This document shows, piece after piece, positions 17,286 to 26,647 of a DNA stretch of 60,868 nucleotides. How positions within the stretch are numbered: position 1 is the first letter of the stretch; each line of letters begins with the position of its first letter. The translations under genes were made by a program, and so were the position numbers. Origin of the DNA: a virus. Lineage: Duplodnaviria; Caudoviricetes. The stretch covers positions 1 through 60,868 of IMG/VR virus record IMGVR_UViG_3300035670_000219, one strand, 5' to 3'. The notes below the pieces were generated by a model that saw only the letters and a program-made list of their open reading frames with translations, was not told where the DNA came from and searched no databases.

Positions 17286-17845
17286 CCATTCCGCAACGTA
17301 GCTTTAATAAACCAAGCAGCCTTAAAGGCTTGACCACAGAGATCAGCAATGTAGTTCTGGATATCAATGGCACCCACCTTGGCAGCAATGGGCTCCAGCT
17401 TTTTGGTCTTCATGCCCAGCTCCTCTAGGTTTTTATAGTACACCGCAAGCATTTCGGTGCCCTTGTAGCTGGTAACGTGTTGGATACCAGGACCGGCATC
17501 AGCCAATCCCCTGGCGCACATGGGCATTAAGTAGTCCATGCTGCGAATGAACTCACTTAACGTATCGAACTGTTCCAGATGAGCTTCGTATTGGTCTTTA
17601 AGGAATGCATGCACCCCGAGGAAGTTAGACCCCTCGTAGTTCAGGTGAATGAGGTGGGACTGTGTTTGAAGTTCCTTGAGGTAGGAGGCAAGGGAGATGC
17701 ACTGCTGGATGAAGGCCCCGACATCACCGTTCTTTGATTTACCAGGAGCTTTAGGCTTGGCCTGCTGCTCTGGAGCCACCCCAGTATTGAGTGGTTCCAC
17801 CCCCATTTGGGGTGGTTGTTGCGTTTGAGGACCAGGAGTATACAT
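17282..17845 (-). CDS. Dps/ferritin-like protein
   Basis: H..H.NYEG.NF..VH.F...QY......D.L.E.IR and C-terminal K.AWF..A motifs. Confidence 0.8.
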   Translation of the reverse strand: MYTPGPQTQQPPQMGVEPLNTGVAPEQQAKPKAPGKSKNGDVGAFIQQCISLASYLKELQTQSHLIHLNYEGSNFLGVHAFLKDQYEAHLEQFDTLSEFIRSMDYLMPMCARGLADAGPGIQHVTSYKGTEMLAVYYKNLEELGMKTKKLEPIAAKVGAIDIQNYIADLCGQAFKAAWFIKATLRNG

Positions 17846-17871
17846 AGTTTTTTACCAGTTGTACCAGTCTA

Positions 17872-19191
17872 TCAAAGAGAAATTTCTTCCCAATCAAGGG
17901 CAGCATAAACATCATCGCCTGCTACCTTAGTTTCAACAAGGACACTAAATTCTTCTGGTGTACTTGTGAAGCTATCTCTTTGCAATTGGAATTGAAACAA
18001 CGCAGCTTTTAGAATATCAATGGGTGTATTGCCTTGTGTAGTAGAAGCAATGTAACCCTGAGCAAGCGTACTCCCACCACTGGTGCTTGTACCGCTTAAG
18101 TTATATTCAACTGCAGATCCACTACTGGTGGTATCCCATGATCCTCCAGAGGTAGTACATCCTTGTTGTAATTTCCAGTTAAAGAAACCATTGTTACCAA
18201 CACCCATGATACTGGTAGCAGTTGGAATAACAATTGCGTCTAAGCGATTTGGAGAAGCTTTTAAACGTAAAGAGATGACAGGATAAAAAACACCGGTAGC
18301 AGTTAGATCTCGTGGCGTAGAAATTGGTGTGCCAACCGCATTTTGTTTACCACGCAGTTCATAACCCCCTTCCGAAATAACAGTAGAGCAAACCTGTTTT
18401 AGCGTACTGGTTGACGCAGTTGTATTTAAGTTTTCAATTTCATAACGCAGCGGCAAAGAAGCTGTCGTTATATAAGTTGAAGCAATAAGATTTGCATGGT
18501 GGAACGAATGGCAGTGAATGAATTGACCACCGATTACAAACCCCATACGCACTGTTCCCAAGCCAAGCCATTCAATATCCATCCACAAGATTTGAGATTT
18601 AGAAATATCTAGTTCAATTCCAGAAGGTCCCTCTCCATCTAACTTATCAATATTCCAATCACTTTGATTAACAATAGTTTCAACAACAGATCCAGTAACA
18701 GAACTCCTTTCAACAAAACTAAGTGTTGAATTTTGCAACTGTAAGTAAAGACCGTTATTTGCGCCAAAATAACCAACCCGCTGACGCAGGTTGGTTTTAG
18801 CAGGAGCCATTGCAAACGTAGAAAGAACTAGAAGCGATTTCCCTGGTTGATAAGAGAACACTCGTTTGGTCTCTCGTTTTACAAAAGCACCAGATGTAGT
18901 TGTTACATTGAGTTCTACCAATCCTGCATTTGCATTAAACGTTGCATCACATCCGCTTGCAGCAGATGTTGCCCAAAGACCATTGTCGCTGTAGCGATGA
19001 CTGGAATCAAATAGAGTTAAAGGTTCTGATACACGTGCACGACCAAAAGCATCGCCCGCAGGCGAACCAGCCGTCGTAAAAGTAACTTGATATCCGCTTG
19101 CAGTAGTTACTTCTAATGGCTGACCGCTGCATGTCTGTACTTTTACTACTTCATACAAAGTGCTTTGTCCAGACTCTCTATATACAGGCAT
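17872..19191 (-). CDS. probable virion structural protein
   Basis: DAFGR.RVS.P.TLFDS, YQPGKS, DIEWLG.G.VR.GF, LPLRYEI motifs; Thr/Ser-rich. Confidence 0.65.
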   Translation of the reverse strand: MPVYRESGQSTLYEVVKVQTCSGQPLEVTTASGYQVTFTTAGSPAGDAFGRARVSEPLTLFDSSHRYSDNGLWATSAASGCDATFNANAGLVELNVTTTSGAFVKRETKRVFSYQPGKSLLVLSTFAMAPAKTNLRQRVGYFGANNGLYLQLQNSTLSFVERSSVTGSVVETIVNQSDWNIDKLDGEGPSGIELDISKSQILWMDIEWLGLGTVRMGFVIGGQFIHCHSFHHANLIASTYITTASLPLRYEIENLNTTASTSTLKQVCSTVISEGGYELRGKQNAVGTPISTPRDLTATGVFYPVISLRLKASPNRLDAIVIPTATSIMGVGNNGFFNWKLQQGCTTSGGSWDTTSSGSAVEYNLSGTSTSGGSTLAQGYIASTTQGNTPIDILKAALFQFQLQRDSFTSTPEEFSVLVETKVAGDDVYAALDWEEISL

Positions 19192-19221
19192 TGTTATTTA
19201 ATCTATTTCTTTCATTGTAGT

Positions 19222-19506
19222 TTAGACATTTTTTAGATCATTTAAGTATTTAAGTTTTACCATGTCCCAGTTGGCGCATAGGTGACCATAATCCCTTGGC
19301 TCAGCCACAACGAGCTCTTCTCCTTCGCAAATGTCACAATTGCCCAAGCGTTGGAACATGAAATAACATGTTGGCCCAATATATTGTTTGCCTTTATACC
19401 ATTCTCCATAACGTCTTCCGCAATCATCACAAATCCACTGAGGTGCACCTCTTAACCGCAGTGTATTTTTATGCCAATCAGGGTTTTGTTCATTCATGTT
19501 TAGCAT
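19222..19506 (-). CDS. small Zn-ribbon protein (paralog of the next ORF)
   Basis: WICDDCG..YG.WYK...YIGP...G.CDIC.....EPRDYG.L. Confidence 0.6.
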   Translation of the reverse strand: MLNMNEQNPDWHKNTLRLRGAPQWICDDCGRRYGEWYKGKQYIGPTCYFMFQRLGNCDICEGEELVVAEPRDYGHLCANWDMVKLKYLNDLKNV

Positions 19507-19723
19507 TGAACTCAGTTTTCCACCTAGCCCTTAGGTAGCCATAATCCCGTGGCTCTGTTACCGGAACATCAGTAGCTCCACAGAGATCACAATTTCCTTG
19601 ATGGACGGTGGCATAGTGCAGCTTGGGACCTATGTAGGCCCCTTTTTTGTACCACCCTCCATAAGCCACGCCACATTCATGGCAAATCCAGTTAGGATAC
19701 TTCTTTTCTTTTTTGTCAGCCAT
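19490..19723 (-). CDS. small Zn-ribbon protein
   Basis: WICHECG..YG.WYK...YIGP...G.CDLC.....EPRDYG.L. Confidence 0.6.
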   Translation of the reverse strand: MADKKEKKYPNWICHECGVAYGGWYKKGAYIGPKLHYATVHQGNCDLCGATDVPVTEPRDYGYLRARWKTEFNAKHE

Positions 19724-20033
19724 TGTTATAACGAAGCATGTCAAGTAATTCTTTTGTTTTCTTGTATTCTTTTTCTGTTGCTTCTACATTTTCTACCACA
19801 GCTGTATAAAATGCTTTATATAATTCTTTACCAGTCAATTCATATTGAAACTCGGCAAGTGTATCAGCAAAATGTTCTTTTGCTTTTTCAAAATAAAATT
19901 CTTTGGCTTTGGATTCAGTTAAAAGATCGGTCACTGTCACAGGCGTTGTAATTTCTGGATCAGTGGAGCTAAATGTTTGATACCATTCTTGCCATGCTTT
20001 GATGGCATCCATGGGTTCGTTGGTAAAGTCCAT
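19716..20033 (-). CDS. hypothetical protein
   Basis: ORF track; tightly packed with neighbours. Confidence 0.6.
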   Translation of the reverse strand: MDFTNEPMDAIKAWQEWYQTFSSTDPEITTPVTVTDLLTESKAKEFYFEKAKEHFADTLAEFQYELTGKELYKAFYTAVVENVEATEKEYKKTKELLDMLRYNNG

Positions 20034-20037
20034 GATT

Positions 20038-20069
20038 AAAAGGGACGCACCACTATGGTGGCACGCCCA
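20038..20069 (-). terminator. intrinsic terminator-like hairpin
   Basis: Minus strand GGGCGTGCCAC-CATA-GTGGTGCGTCC-CTTTT. Confidence 0.45.
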
Positions 20070-20096
20070 AACACAGGTGTTAGTTTAGTGTAAACC

Positions 20097-20375
20097 TTAA
20101 GAAATAGATTCAAGCTGTTTTTCCTCGTATAGACGAACAGCTTCTAGCATTTCAAAGTACCGCTCACGCATGATTGGACCGGCCTCACGGATACAAAAGT
20201 TTTGCCAAAGGCCAGTATACAGACCATTGGTCCGACCGCTGCATTTGTACATATGCTCCATGAAGTCAGCTTTCTTTTGTTCCGAGACAACGTTCCAGTT
20301 TTGAAGCTGTTCTTTTAACCAAGGGGTGTCAAAAGCACCTGCGGTTTTAAGTTTTTTTACGAGGTCGTCAGTCAT
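20097..20375 (-). CDS. hypothetical protein
   Basis: FMEH.Y..SGRTNGLYTGLWQ pattern. Confidence 0.6.
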   Translation of the reverse strand: MTDDLVKKLKTAGAFDTPWLKEQLQNWNVVSEQKKADFMEHMYKCSGRTNGLYTGLWQNFCIREAGPIMRERYFEMLEAVRLYEEKQLESIS

Positions 20376-20583
20376 TGAATCCTAGGTTGGTAAGACTGGT
20401 GTAGACACCCTCAACATGAGGGAGTTCAAATAATAGATCATCTAGATCGTCTTGGAGTGCTTCTGCAATTTCATCTACAGTTTTGCCACCAAAAGAGTTG
20501 TACTCTACCTCAAGGTCAATTGCAAAAGACACCGTGAGTTTGGTTGTGTAGACAGGTTCCATTCCTTGATTGAAAGGTGTCAA
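20368..20583 (-). CDS. hypothetical protein
   Basis: ORF track. Confidence 0.55.
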   Translation of the reverse strand: MTPFNQGMEPVYTTKLTVSFAIDLEVEYNSFGGKTVDEIAEALQDDLDDLLFELPHVEGVYTSLTNLGFND

Positions 20584-20597
20584 TACCTTAACAGGAT

Positions 20598-20861
20598 TTA
20601 GTCTTTTAGTAAACGCTCTAAAGAATGTGTTTGGTTTTGCTGGTAATAACCTAGCCGTTCTTGGATAATTTGATAATAATTAATTGCCGCATCAACCATT
20701 TCGGTCGGATCCATTGATGCAGCAAGGCTTTCATTAGCAAGCATGGCTGCTGTCAAGATGACAACACCATGCTCCATCTTGGAGCCAATAGTTGCAGTTA
20801 AAGGAGTCCCATCGTTGGTAAACCCAGCAATCAATTTGTTAAGGACTGGATCCCCGCCCAT
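20598..20861 (-). CDS. hypothetical protein
   Basis: AGGAG ribosome-binding site upstream; 87 aa. Confidence 0.6.
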   Translation of the reverse strand: MGGDPVLNKLIAGFTNDGTPLTATIGSKMEHGVVILTAAMLANESLAASMDPTEMVDAAINYYQIIQERLGYYQQNQTHSLERLLKD

Positions 20862-20895
20862 AAGACTCCTGCTATTTCTTCTATTGTATGGCTAG

Positions 20896-21210
20896 TTATT
20901 TACCAGACTTTTCTCGCTGGATCCAATACCAATATGCATTACTTGCATTTTGGTGGAAGCGTTTACCCAACAACAGCTTTAGCTTTTTCTGTTCTAGGTC
21001 TTCGTACTCTTCTATCTGATACGGAACAACTTTGCCATCTTCCATGAGCATTTCCATTTGAAGAGCACTCATTTCTAGTTGAAGATCAAAGTCTTTGATG
21101 GCATGTTCATGACAGCTCATTTTGATACGAGCGTCTTCTGTGTCAAGAGGCGCTGGAATCTTCTGGTAGAAGCTCTCCTGGATACTCGGATGATGCCAGA
21201 TCCAAGCTTG
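20896..21210 (-). CDS. hypothetical protein (start uncertain; the track extends it to 21501)
   Basis: Only the C-terminal ~100 aa look protein-like; the upstream part shadows the Gp157-like gene. Confidence 0.45.
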   Translation of the reverse strand, partial: QAWIWHHPSIQESFYQKIPAPLDTEDARIKMSCHEHAIKDFDLQLEMSALQMEMLMEDGKVVPYQIEEYEDLEQKKLKLLLGKRFHQNASNAYWYWIQREKSGK

Positions 21211-21856
21211 GCTCTGAGAAGATTCGTTTGGAGCGGACTGAATATTCTTGGATGACCTTAACTCCACTGGGGAGTTGCTGTCCTTCTTGATAGGCATTGC
21301 GTATGGCATCGAGGTTAGGGAGGACTTTAGTGGTTGTTTTTGGTTCGGTTCTTTCTGAGAGAACTTCTCCTGACATTGAACGTAACACAACTCGTTTGGT
21401 TGTGGTGATTTCTTCTGTAACGCAATAACGTTTTCTTTCGTCAGTGTGCCAAAACTCCGGATCTGTGGAGATTTCAACGGTGAGCTCTTTCTTTTTAACA
21501 AGGGTAAACTGATAGTTACGGCCTGTGATTTTGTTCGTGTTTAAGGGCAAAACACGACGTAAATAATTTAGCAGGTTTTTGAGCGACCGCAGCTGAGATT
21601 CGTGGTGACGCTTGGCTTGTGTAATAAGATCACTTTCTTTTTTGATGCGTTCGAGCGCATCTTCATGTGACGCCATTGCGTAATAGATACGATCAATTTT
21701 TTCTGACCGTAAGTTGGCGCAAGCTTCAAGCTCTGCCTGAGCCAATTCCTGGGATTCAGGAGTGAGAAGAGGTAAAGACTTTTCGAGAGCATCATAGTGC
21801 TCGTAGAGTTTAATGACGTTTAGTTCTTTGAGTTTAGCTTGTGTAATTTGAGTCAT
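21143..21856 (-). CDS. siphovirus Gp157-like protein
   Basis: KID.I.......D..E.IK.E...I...K.......LK..L; C-terminal PNLDAIR......QLPSGV. Confidence 0.65.
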   Translation of the reverse strand: MTQITQAKLKELNVIKLYEHYDALEKSLPLLTPESQELAQAELEACANLRSEKIDRIYYAMASHEDALERIKKESDLITQAKRHHESQLRSLKNLLNYLRRVLPLNTNKITGRNYQFTLVKKKELTVEISTDPEFWHTDERKRYCVTEEITTTKRVVLRSMSGEVLSERTEPKTTTKVLPNLDAIRNAYQEGQQLPSGVKVIQEYSVRSKRIFSEPSLDLASSEYPGELLPEDSSAS

Positions 21857-21859
21857 GGC

Positions 21860-21973
21860 TTAGTTGAATTGAGATTGAACTTTGTTGAGCATATAGGTCA
21901 GCAGCATACCTGCCGCTGCCCAAAGAAAATCTTTTATCACCGGAAGTACCGTGGCAAGTAAGGATTCAAACAT
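21860..21973 (-). CDS. small membrane protein (37 aa)
   Basis: Hand-translated MFESLLATVLPVIKDFLWAAAGMLLTYMLNKVQSQFN*. Confidence 0.5.
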   Translation of the reverse strand: MFESLLATVLPVIKDFLWAAAGMLLTYMLNKVQSQFN

Positions 21974-21992
21974 GAGTTGAAGTTGAAGTAAG

Positions 21993-22020
21993 TGGTCAGT
22001 TTTACGTCATGACCAGGACG
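21993..22020 (-). promoter_or_regulatory. class A H-type pseudoknot element, copy 1
   Basis: CGTC-C-TGGTCA-T-GACG-TAAAAC-TGACCA. Confidence 0.7.
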
Positions 22021-22045
22021 GCGACCCTGCAGGATTTGTGCGTGG

Positions 22046-22441
22046 TCAGTCTACCTTGTCATCAAGGGTGGTAGCAATACCCTCAAGACCTGCTGTGGTG
22101 ATGGTGACCAAGTTACTGATATAGTCAACAAGGGATTCCACTTTGGCGTTGACGGATTGGATTTCTTCCATTAATTCTTCCCTGGTGGGACCGAGACCAT
22201 AAATCTCGGCGTCTTTTACAGCCTCGGGGTTGTTGCTTTTTTGATACCGGCGACAATCATCATTGGTGGTGTACACAGCTTCCTGGTACATATCCAAGAC
22301 AGTTTTGAAGTCAACATTACCGACTCCTTCACCTGTCAAGATGTTGCAGGTATCAAGGTAAAGCTTGGCAGCAAACCGAACATTCTTATGGAAAAACTCG
22401 GTGTATTGCTCAGAAGAAAAGCCGTAAGAATCAATCGACAT
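22046..22441 (-). CDS. hypothetical protein
   Basis: ORF track; start trimmed to MSIDSYG. Confidence 0.6.
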   Translation of the reverse strand: MSIDSYGFSSEQYTEFFHKNVRFAAKLYLDTCNILTGEGVGNVDFKTVLDMYQEAVYTTNDDCRRYQKSNNPEAVKDAEIYGLGPTREELMEEIQSVNAKVESLVDYISNLVTITTAGLEGIATTLDDKVD

Positions 22442-22655
22442 CACACTGAAGAGCATTGTAAAGTGCATCAATTATAAAGGTTTTTTGACCTTCTTCACCA
22501 AGGGATGTCCAGTATTCCAAATCTGGATCTGTTTCATCCCAATCAATGCGAATAGTCATTGTGCCATCCTCTTCATCAATGCATTCAATCTTTAGCTTTT
22601 CGATCCAGTTCAGATTCCACATGGCCAATGAGTACGTTGATTGCATAGTCTTCAT
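22431..22655 (-). CDS. hypothetical protein (start uncertain)
   Basis: EDGTMTI.IDWDE.DP pattern. Confidence 0.5.
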   Translation of the reverse strand: MKTMQSTYSLAMWNLNWIEKLKIECIDEEDGTMTIRIDWDETDPDLEYWTSLGEEGQKTFIIDALYNALQCDVD

Positions 22656-22803
22656 AATGCATTTTAAGGTCAGCGGCTAGCTTGACAAGTTCCCAGTGAG
22701 TGTCTTCTGGAATCTCAAGGTCGTAGCATTTGTCGCCAGGGATTGATGAAGTGCGTGGTTGCATGGCAAGTTGACGTGCGTATTCAAGGATGTCGTCAGT
22801 CAT
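22585..22803 (-). CDS. small ribbon-helix-helix-like protein
   Basis: LEIPEDTH.EL.KLAA...M....Y...VL. Confidence 0.45.
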   Translation of the reverse strand: MTDDILEYARQLAMQPRTSSIPGDKCYDLEIPEDTHWELVKLAADLKMHYEDYAINVLIGHVESELDRKAKD

Positions 22804-22989
22804 TGTTATCCGTTTCTATACGCCAAAGTACATTCCGAGCAATTGGAATGTTAAGGGCCATTCGAAGCGTGTTGTTTTCATGGATTAAAAGTTTTACCAT
22901 ATCAAGTGTAGTGATTTCACATTCAGGAAACTGCTTGCCCACAGTATAGGCAATGCGTTGATACTCAGTTTTGTAATCAATTTCATCAA

Positions 22990-23931
22990 TCATTTTTTGA
23001 TAGCAGCCTTGAGTTGAGGAAGTGAGGTACCTGGGAATGGGACGTAACCAGCCTCCATCATATTGAAAAACAAATCCCATGCATGGTGCTGAGTAAACAC
23101 TTCATTTGGTTTGTAAGTACGCCAATGGGTCAACGGAGCTTGTGCACCTTGGTTGGTATAAAGCAAAACAAAACGTCCATTGCTAATAGCATCTTTAGGA
23201 GGTGCATACCACCAAGCCACACATTTTTCGGGTGTACCACTGGGGCTTGCATTACGTGCTTCGGTACGTTTGCAGAGAAGCTCTCTGTACTTGTTGAACC
23301 AAGTCAGATGGATGCACCATGGTTTAAATCCTTGGATCTCTTCTTGGAAAGTAGATAGGTTACTGAGCTGACGTTGAAAGGACCCGCATGAGCAGCTAGG
23401 TTCGCCAAACATGGCCCGTTGTTCGGAGCCATCGTCCAGTTCAGCGTCCATATCAATCGGCCTATTCGTAAGCCGCATCCCGTCCGGTGCAACCAAATGG
23501 CCAATGTCCGTCTGGTCAGACTGAAGCAATGCTGTGATCTTTGCGATGTCTGATACATGAATGAATCGATCTGCCCAGTGCTGTTGTAGTTTTGCATTAG
23601 AAGTCAGGTGTCCGAGTGCATGTGTGTAGTTCCAGCCCTTAAACATAATGTAAGCATTGTTGTGCCATACACTAGGGCCACGATAATTAGGACCAAGGTA
23701 AGAAAAGAAATCTTTTAAACGGTTAGTGTAAGTCACATATGTCGCTTTAATTATTTCCCGTGAGTAAGTTTGCTCAGTACCATCACGACGCACCACGAGG
23801 CAATCATCACCTCGCAAATAAATCCCAGAGATTTCGGAGTCATCAAAGTCCTGGAAAGCACGACACAGATTAGTACGTGTGTAGATGCATTGTTGTGCGC
23901 TGTTAAGTTCTGTGTTGAGTTGAGTGGTCAT
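22990..23931 (-). CDS. SWIM-type zinc-finger protein
   Basis: CSC..F...WCIH (CxC...CxH). Confidence 0.6.
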   Translation of the reverse strand: MTTQLNTELNSAQQCIYTRTNLCRAFQDFDDSEISGIYLRGDDCLVVRRDGTEQTYSREIIKATYVTYTNRLKDFFSYLGPNYRGPSVWHNNAYIMFKGWNYTHALGHLTSNAKLQQHWADRFIHVSDIAKITALLQSDQTDIGHLVAPDGMRLTNRPIDMDAELDDGSEQRAMFGEPSCSCGSFQRQLSNLSTFQEEIQGFKPWCIHLTWFNKYRELLCKRTEARNASPSGTPEKCVAWWYAPPKDAISNGRFVLLYTNQGAQAPLTHWRTYKPNEVFTQHHAWDLFFNMMEAGYVPFPGTSLPQLKAAIKK

Positions 23932-23949
23932 TGGTTGAATTGGATTGAG

Positions 23950-24156
23950 TTAGATGAAAAGATCAGGCTCGTAATCAGAACCCCCCTTGGAACCCAGGTG
24001 AGATTTCACCTTGTGCTTTGCAGCCTTGCCCATTTTGTAGGCCCCATAGGCTGCTGCACCCAATACTACAGGGTTTGATGCGCATATAGCAAGTAAGCCA
24101 CCGATTAGGAATGTTAATCCCCCAGACTTAAGCGCTGCTTTGTCTTCTTGTTTCAT
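23950..24156 (-). CDS. small hydrophobic protein
   Basis: ORF track; Gly/Ala-rich hydrophobic core. Confidence 0.5.
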   Translation of the reverse strand: MKQEDKAALKSGGLTFLIGGLLAICASNPVVLGAAAYGAYKMGKAAKHKVKSHLGSKGGSDYEPDLFI

Positions 24157-24225
24157 GTGTAATCCTTAACACAATTGGATGTTTTGAATCAAGTTTAAAT
24201 GACTAAGTAAAATAAAAGTAGCCAA

Positions 24226-24453
24226 TTGAATAACATGTTGAAATTTGAAATGTCACCAGAAGATATGTTCTGGCAAGAAAAAATGATACGTAGTATTAAT
24301 GATTGCAGTTCAATGAGTGAATTAAAAGAAATGGCGATCCTGTTAACCAAGATCGCCACTACACGTCAAGTTGCAATCAAAGGATTAGTCAATGATGCAA
24401 TGGAGCTTATGCAAGAAAATTACTCATACAAGCCTCAAGACATCAAGGATTAA
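24226..24453 (+). CDS. NblA-like phycobilisome degradation protein (candidate)
   Basis: EMSPEDMF......I...S..ELKE....L......RQ..IK.LV fits the NblA helix-loop-helix pattern; own TAAAAT box at 24208; ATG at 24235 is the likelier start. Confidence 0.5.
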   Translation: MNNMLKFEMSPEDMFWQEKMIRSINDCSSMSELKEMAILLTKIATTRQVAIKGLVNDAMELMQENYSYKPQDIKD

Positions 24454-25470
24454 TCACAGGCTATCGTCTTCCCCAGTCAAAGGATCACGAGCAGGTAATG
24501 CTTTTACATCAACTGCGTCCGTAGTACGAGACACGGGCAAGATTTCAACCCCTTCTTTGATACCATAAGCACCACCAAGTTTTTGTGCATCCTGTCTTGC
24601 ATGTTGGTTGATGTAATCACTGAACATTTCTTGGAACTTCCAGGTTGATTCACGATCTTCATCGGGAATGCTGAGGCGATTAAGAGATGCAATCGCTTCA
24701 TCTTGAGAGCTGTAATCAGGAATCTCAAACGATTCAATAGCACAGATCTCCACGTTGTTTGCTCCACGCATCTCATTAGCGAGTACAGGAACAAACACGG
24801 TGGTGGCAAAAAACTTTTCGTTAAATGCCAGTGGTACCTCAGAGTCCAGTGCTTTGCTCAGGCACTTGGACATTTCTTTTTCGTATAGCTTGACCTTATC
24901 GGATACATCAGTACCGTTTAGGCCTTTAAGCGTCAAGACCATGGGGATCTTGTGAGCACGCTTGTTATCTTCAGTCAAGATGTAAACAAGATACTTGGTA
25001 CGCACGCTGTACTTACGCTTGTACATCTCACCTTTGCTATTGGCAAGATCAGCGGCTAGCTTGTCGTTATCAAACATTTCTTTCACCTCTGGATGTTCAA
25101 AGGTGCCAATCGTCTGTCTCATCCCTGTGGTTTCCTCAACCATGAGGGGAGAACGTAAAAGGATCTGCAAACGAGGCTCAGTGAAATTGAGTCCTTCTTC
25201 AATTGAAGTATTGGGAGCCATACCAAAAGTTTGCTTGTAGTCCCAGATAACTGAACCCTTAGCAAATTGATCTTCAGTTGCGATCCATCCACAAGTGTCC
25301 AAGTCTGACTTCCGCACGAACCAACCTCTGACCTTGGACTTATTGAGAGGTTGGATTGTGACGAGGTTTTGGTACCCCGAAACAAATTCTTTGGATTGAA
25401 AAAGTTTAAAAGAATCAAGGCTTCTGGTTGTAAGCGCAGATGTTTTCTTGGTGGTCATGGCAGAAATCAT
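24454..25470 (-). CDS. DUF5895-like protein
   Basis: GWFV...L...GW, G..F..PR..IL.RSPL, YLV..L..DN...H..P..L..KG motifs; adjacent to SSB. Confidence 0.55.
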   Translation of the reverse strand: MISAMTTKKTSALTTRSLDSFKLFQSKEFVSGYQNLVTIQPLNKSKVRGWFVRKSDLDTCGWIATEDQFAKGSVIWDYKQTFGMAPNTSIEEGLNFTEPRLQILLRSPLMVEETTGMRQTIGTFEHPEVKEMFDNDKLAADLANSKGEMYKRKYSVRTKYLVYILTEDNKRAHKIPMVLTLKGLNGTDVSDKVKLYEKEMSKCLSKALDSEVPLAFNEKFFATTVFVPVLANEMRGANNVEICAIESFEIPDYSSQDEAIASLNRLSIPDEDRESTWKFQEMFSDYINQHARQDAQKLGGAYGIKEGVEILPVSRTTDAVDVKALPARDPLTGEDDSL

Positions 25471-25490
25471 GGTTGTTTCGTAGTCAAAGA

Positions 25491-25519
25491 CAGGCCTTTT
25501 AACGTCATACCAGAGGACG
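25491..25519 (-). promoter_or_regulatory. class A pseudoknot element, copy 2 (weak second stem)
   Basis: CGTC-CTCTGGTAT-GACG-TTAAAA-GGCCTG. Confidence 0.5.
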
Positions 25520-25524
25520 GGAAA

Positions 25525-25779
25525 TCATTTTGTTTCCTCAAGCTCATCTTGTTGGAGCGGCAGCTCAACTGTTACGCCCTCTTGATATAGCTCAAGATAT
25601 TGTCTTGAGATCTCATGCATGCGTTCAATGATATTGAGTTCAAGATGACCAATACCACGCAGGAAATGAATCATCTCATCAACAATTTCATCTGTCCCAA
25701 TGCACTGGAACTCATGCAATACCTTTCGTTTTCCATCCTCATAAAGGAGAGTGAACTGATCTTCGGGTTGAGTTGACAT
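25525..25779 (-). CDS. hypothetical protein
   Basis: ORF track; start overlaps the SSB stop. Confidence 0.55.
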   Translation of the reverse strand: MSTQPEDQFTLLYEDGKRKVLHEFQCIGTDEIVDEMIHFLRGIGHLELNIIERMHEISRQYLELYQEGVTVELPLQQDELEETK

Positions 25780-26594
25780 CAGAATGGAGGTTCGTCGTTA
25801 AAGTCAGGTGCAGTGCCGTACTGACCAGGGAGATCAGGAAGACCTGCGTTGGGACCAGCGTTCCAAGGATCACTGGCTTCCTCAACTGTTTTGCCGCCCC
25901 ATAGGCTAGCAACATTATCGTCAGAAGCAACAGTGTTTCGTGCTTCTACAGATTTTGGTTGAGTCTCATTAGTCTTAGGTGCAAGTGTCATAGAGACAAG
26001 CTGCAACTTGGTAAGACTGCGCCGTTGTTGTGTTTCTTTATCAGTCCAAGCATCTGTAACAAGACGGGTACGGATCGTAATACCTGTCCCCTTCTTGGTC
26101 ATATTGACCAATAGTTCTGCTTGATTAAATTTATCTTGAGCAGAGTTAATTGCGTAGAAGTTAAACAAGTCCGCTTGATTGCGGCCTGTATTAACAGAGA
26201 TGGTTTGGTTAGCAATCATTAGACCATCTGGTGTGGTCTTAAATGCACGTGCGTCATCTTGATCAATGTCTTTAATACAGCGACCCGTCAAGATCACATC
26301 GTTGAAGACTGGGAATGATTCAGTAACTTGTGCAATAATTCCTCCATGTAGTGAATGCGTTTTTGATTCAAGATCAAACCGTAGCTTGGAGCCGTGAATA
26401 TAAATCCTTTCTCCTTTGCGCAGACTTTTGAATGAGTCTCCGCTTTTTCCGTAGACATTGAGATTAAGAATGGTGGGAGCTTTAGTGCCAACTGGTGGGA
26501 GAACAACTTCAGCGCAATAACTAAAAGCTGTCGGACTGGTGTAAACCTGACGAGGAGTCTCGTTCAGGATTGCGCATGCATCAACGTAATTCAT
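25779..26594 (-). CDS. ssb: single-stranded DNA-binding protein with tandem OB folds
   Basis: FN.VILTGR..KD, ADLFN, KKG.GI....RL....WTDKET...RS; acidic tail DFNDEPPF. Confidence 0.75.
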   Translation of the reverse strand: MNYVDACAILNETPRQVYTSPTAFSYCAEVVLPPVGTKAPTILNLNVYGKSGDSFKSLRKGERIYIHGSKLRFDLESKTHSLHGGIIAQVTESFPVFNDVILTGRCIKDIDQDDARAFKTTPDGLMIANQTISVNTGRNQADLFNFYAINSAQDKFNQAELLVNMTKKGTGITIRTRLVTDAWTDKETQQRRSLTKLQLVSMTLAPKTNETQPKSVEARNTVASDDNVASLWGGKTVEEASDPWNAGPNAGLPDLPGQYGTAPDFNDEPPF

Positions 26595-26615
26595 CAGATC
26601 AGATGGATGGTGTTA

Positions 26616-26642
26616 AAGCAGTTTAACGTCATGCTTAGGACG
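26616..26642 (-). promoter_or_regulatory. class A pseudoknot element, copy 3
   Basis: CGTC-CT-AAGCA-T-GACG-TTAAAC-TGCTT. Confidence 0.7.
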
Positions 26643-26647
26643 TAGCT

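Noticed and set aside
21143-21501. 359-nt overlap between ORF 20896-21501 and the Gp157-like gene
   Set aside because: The extension looks like a shadow frame without a clear ribosome-binding site, so a later start is more plausible. Not excluded without comparative data.
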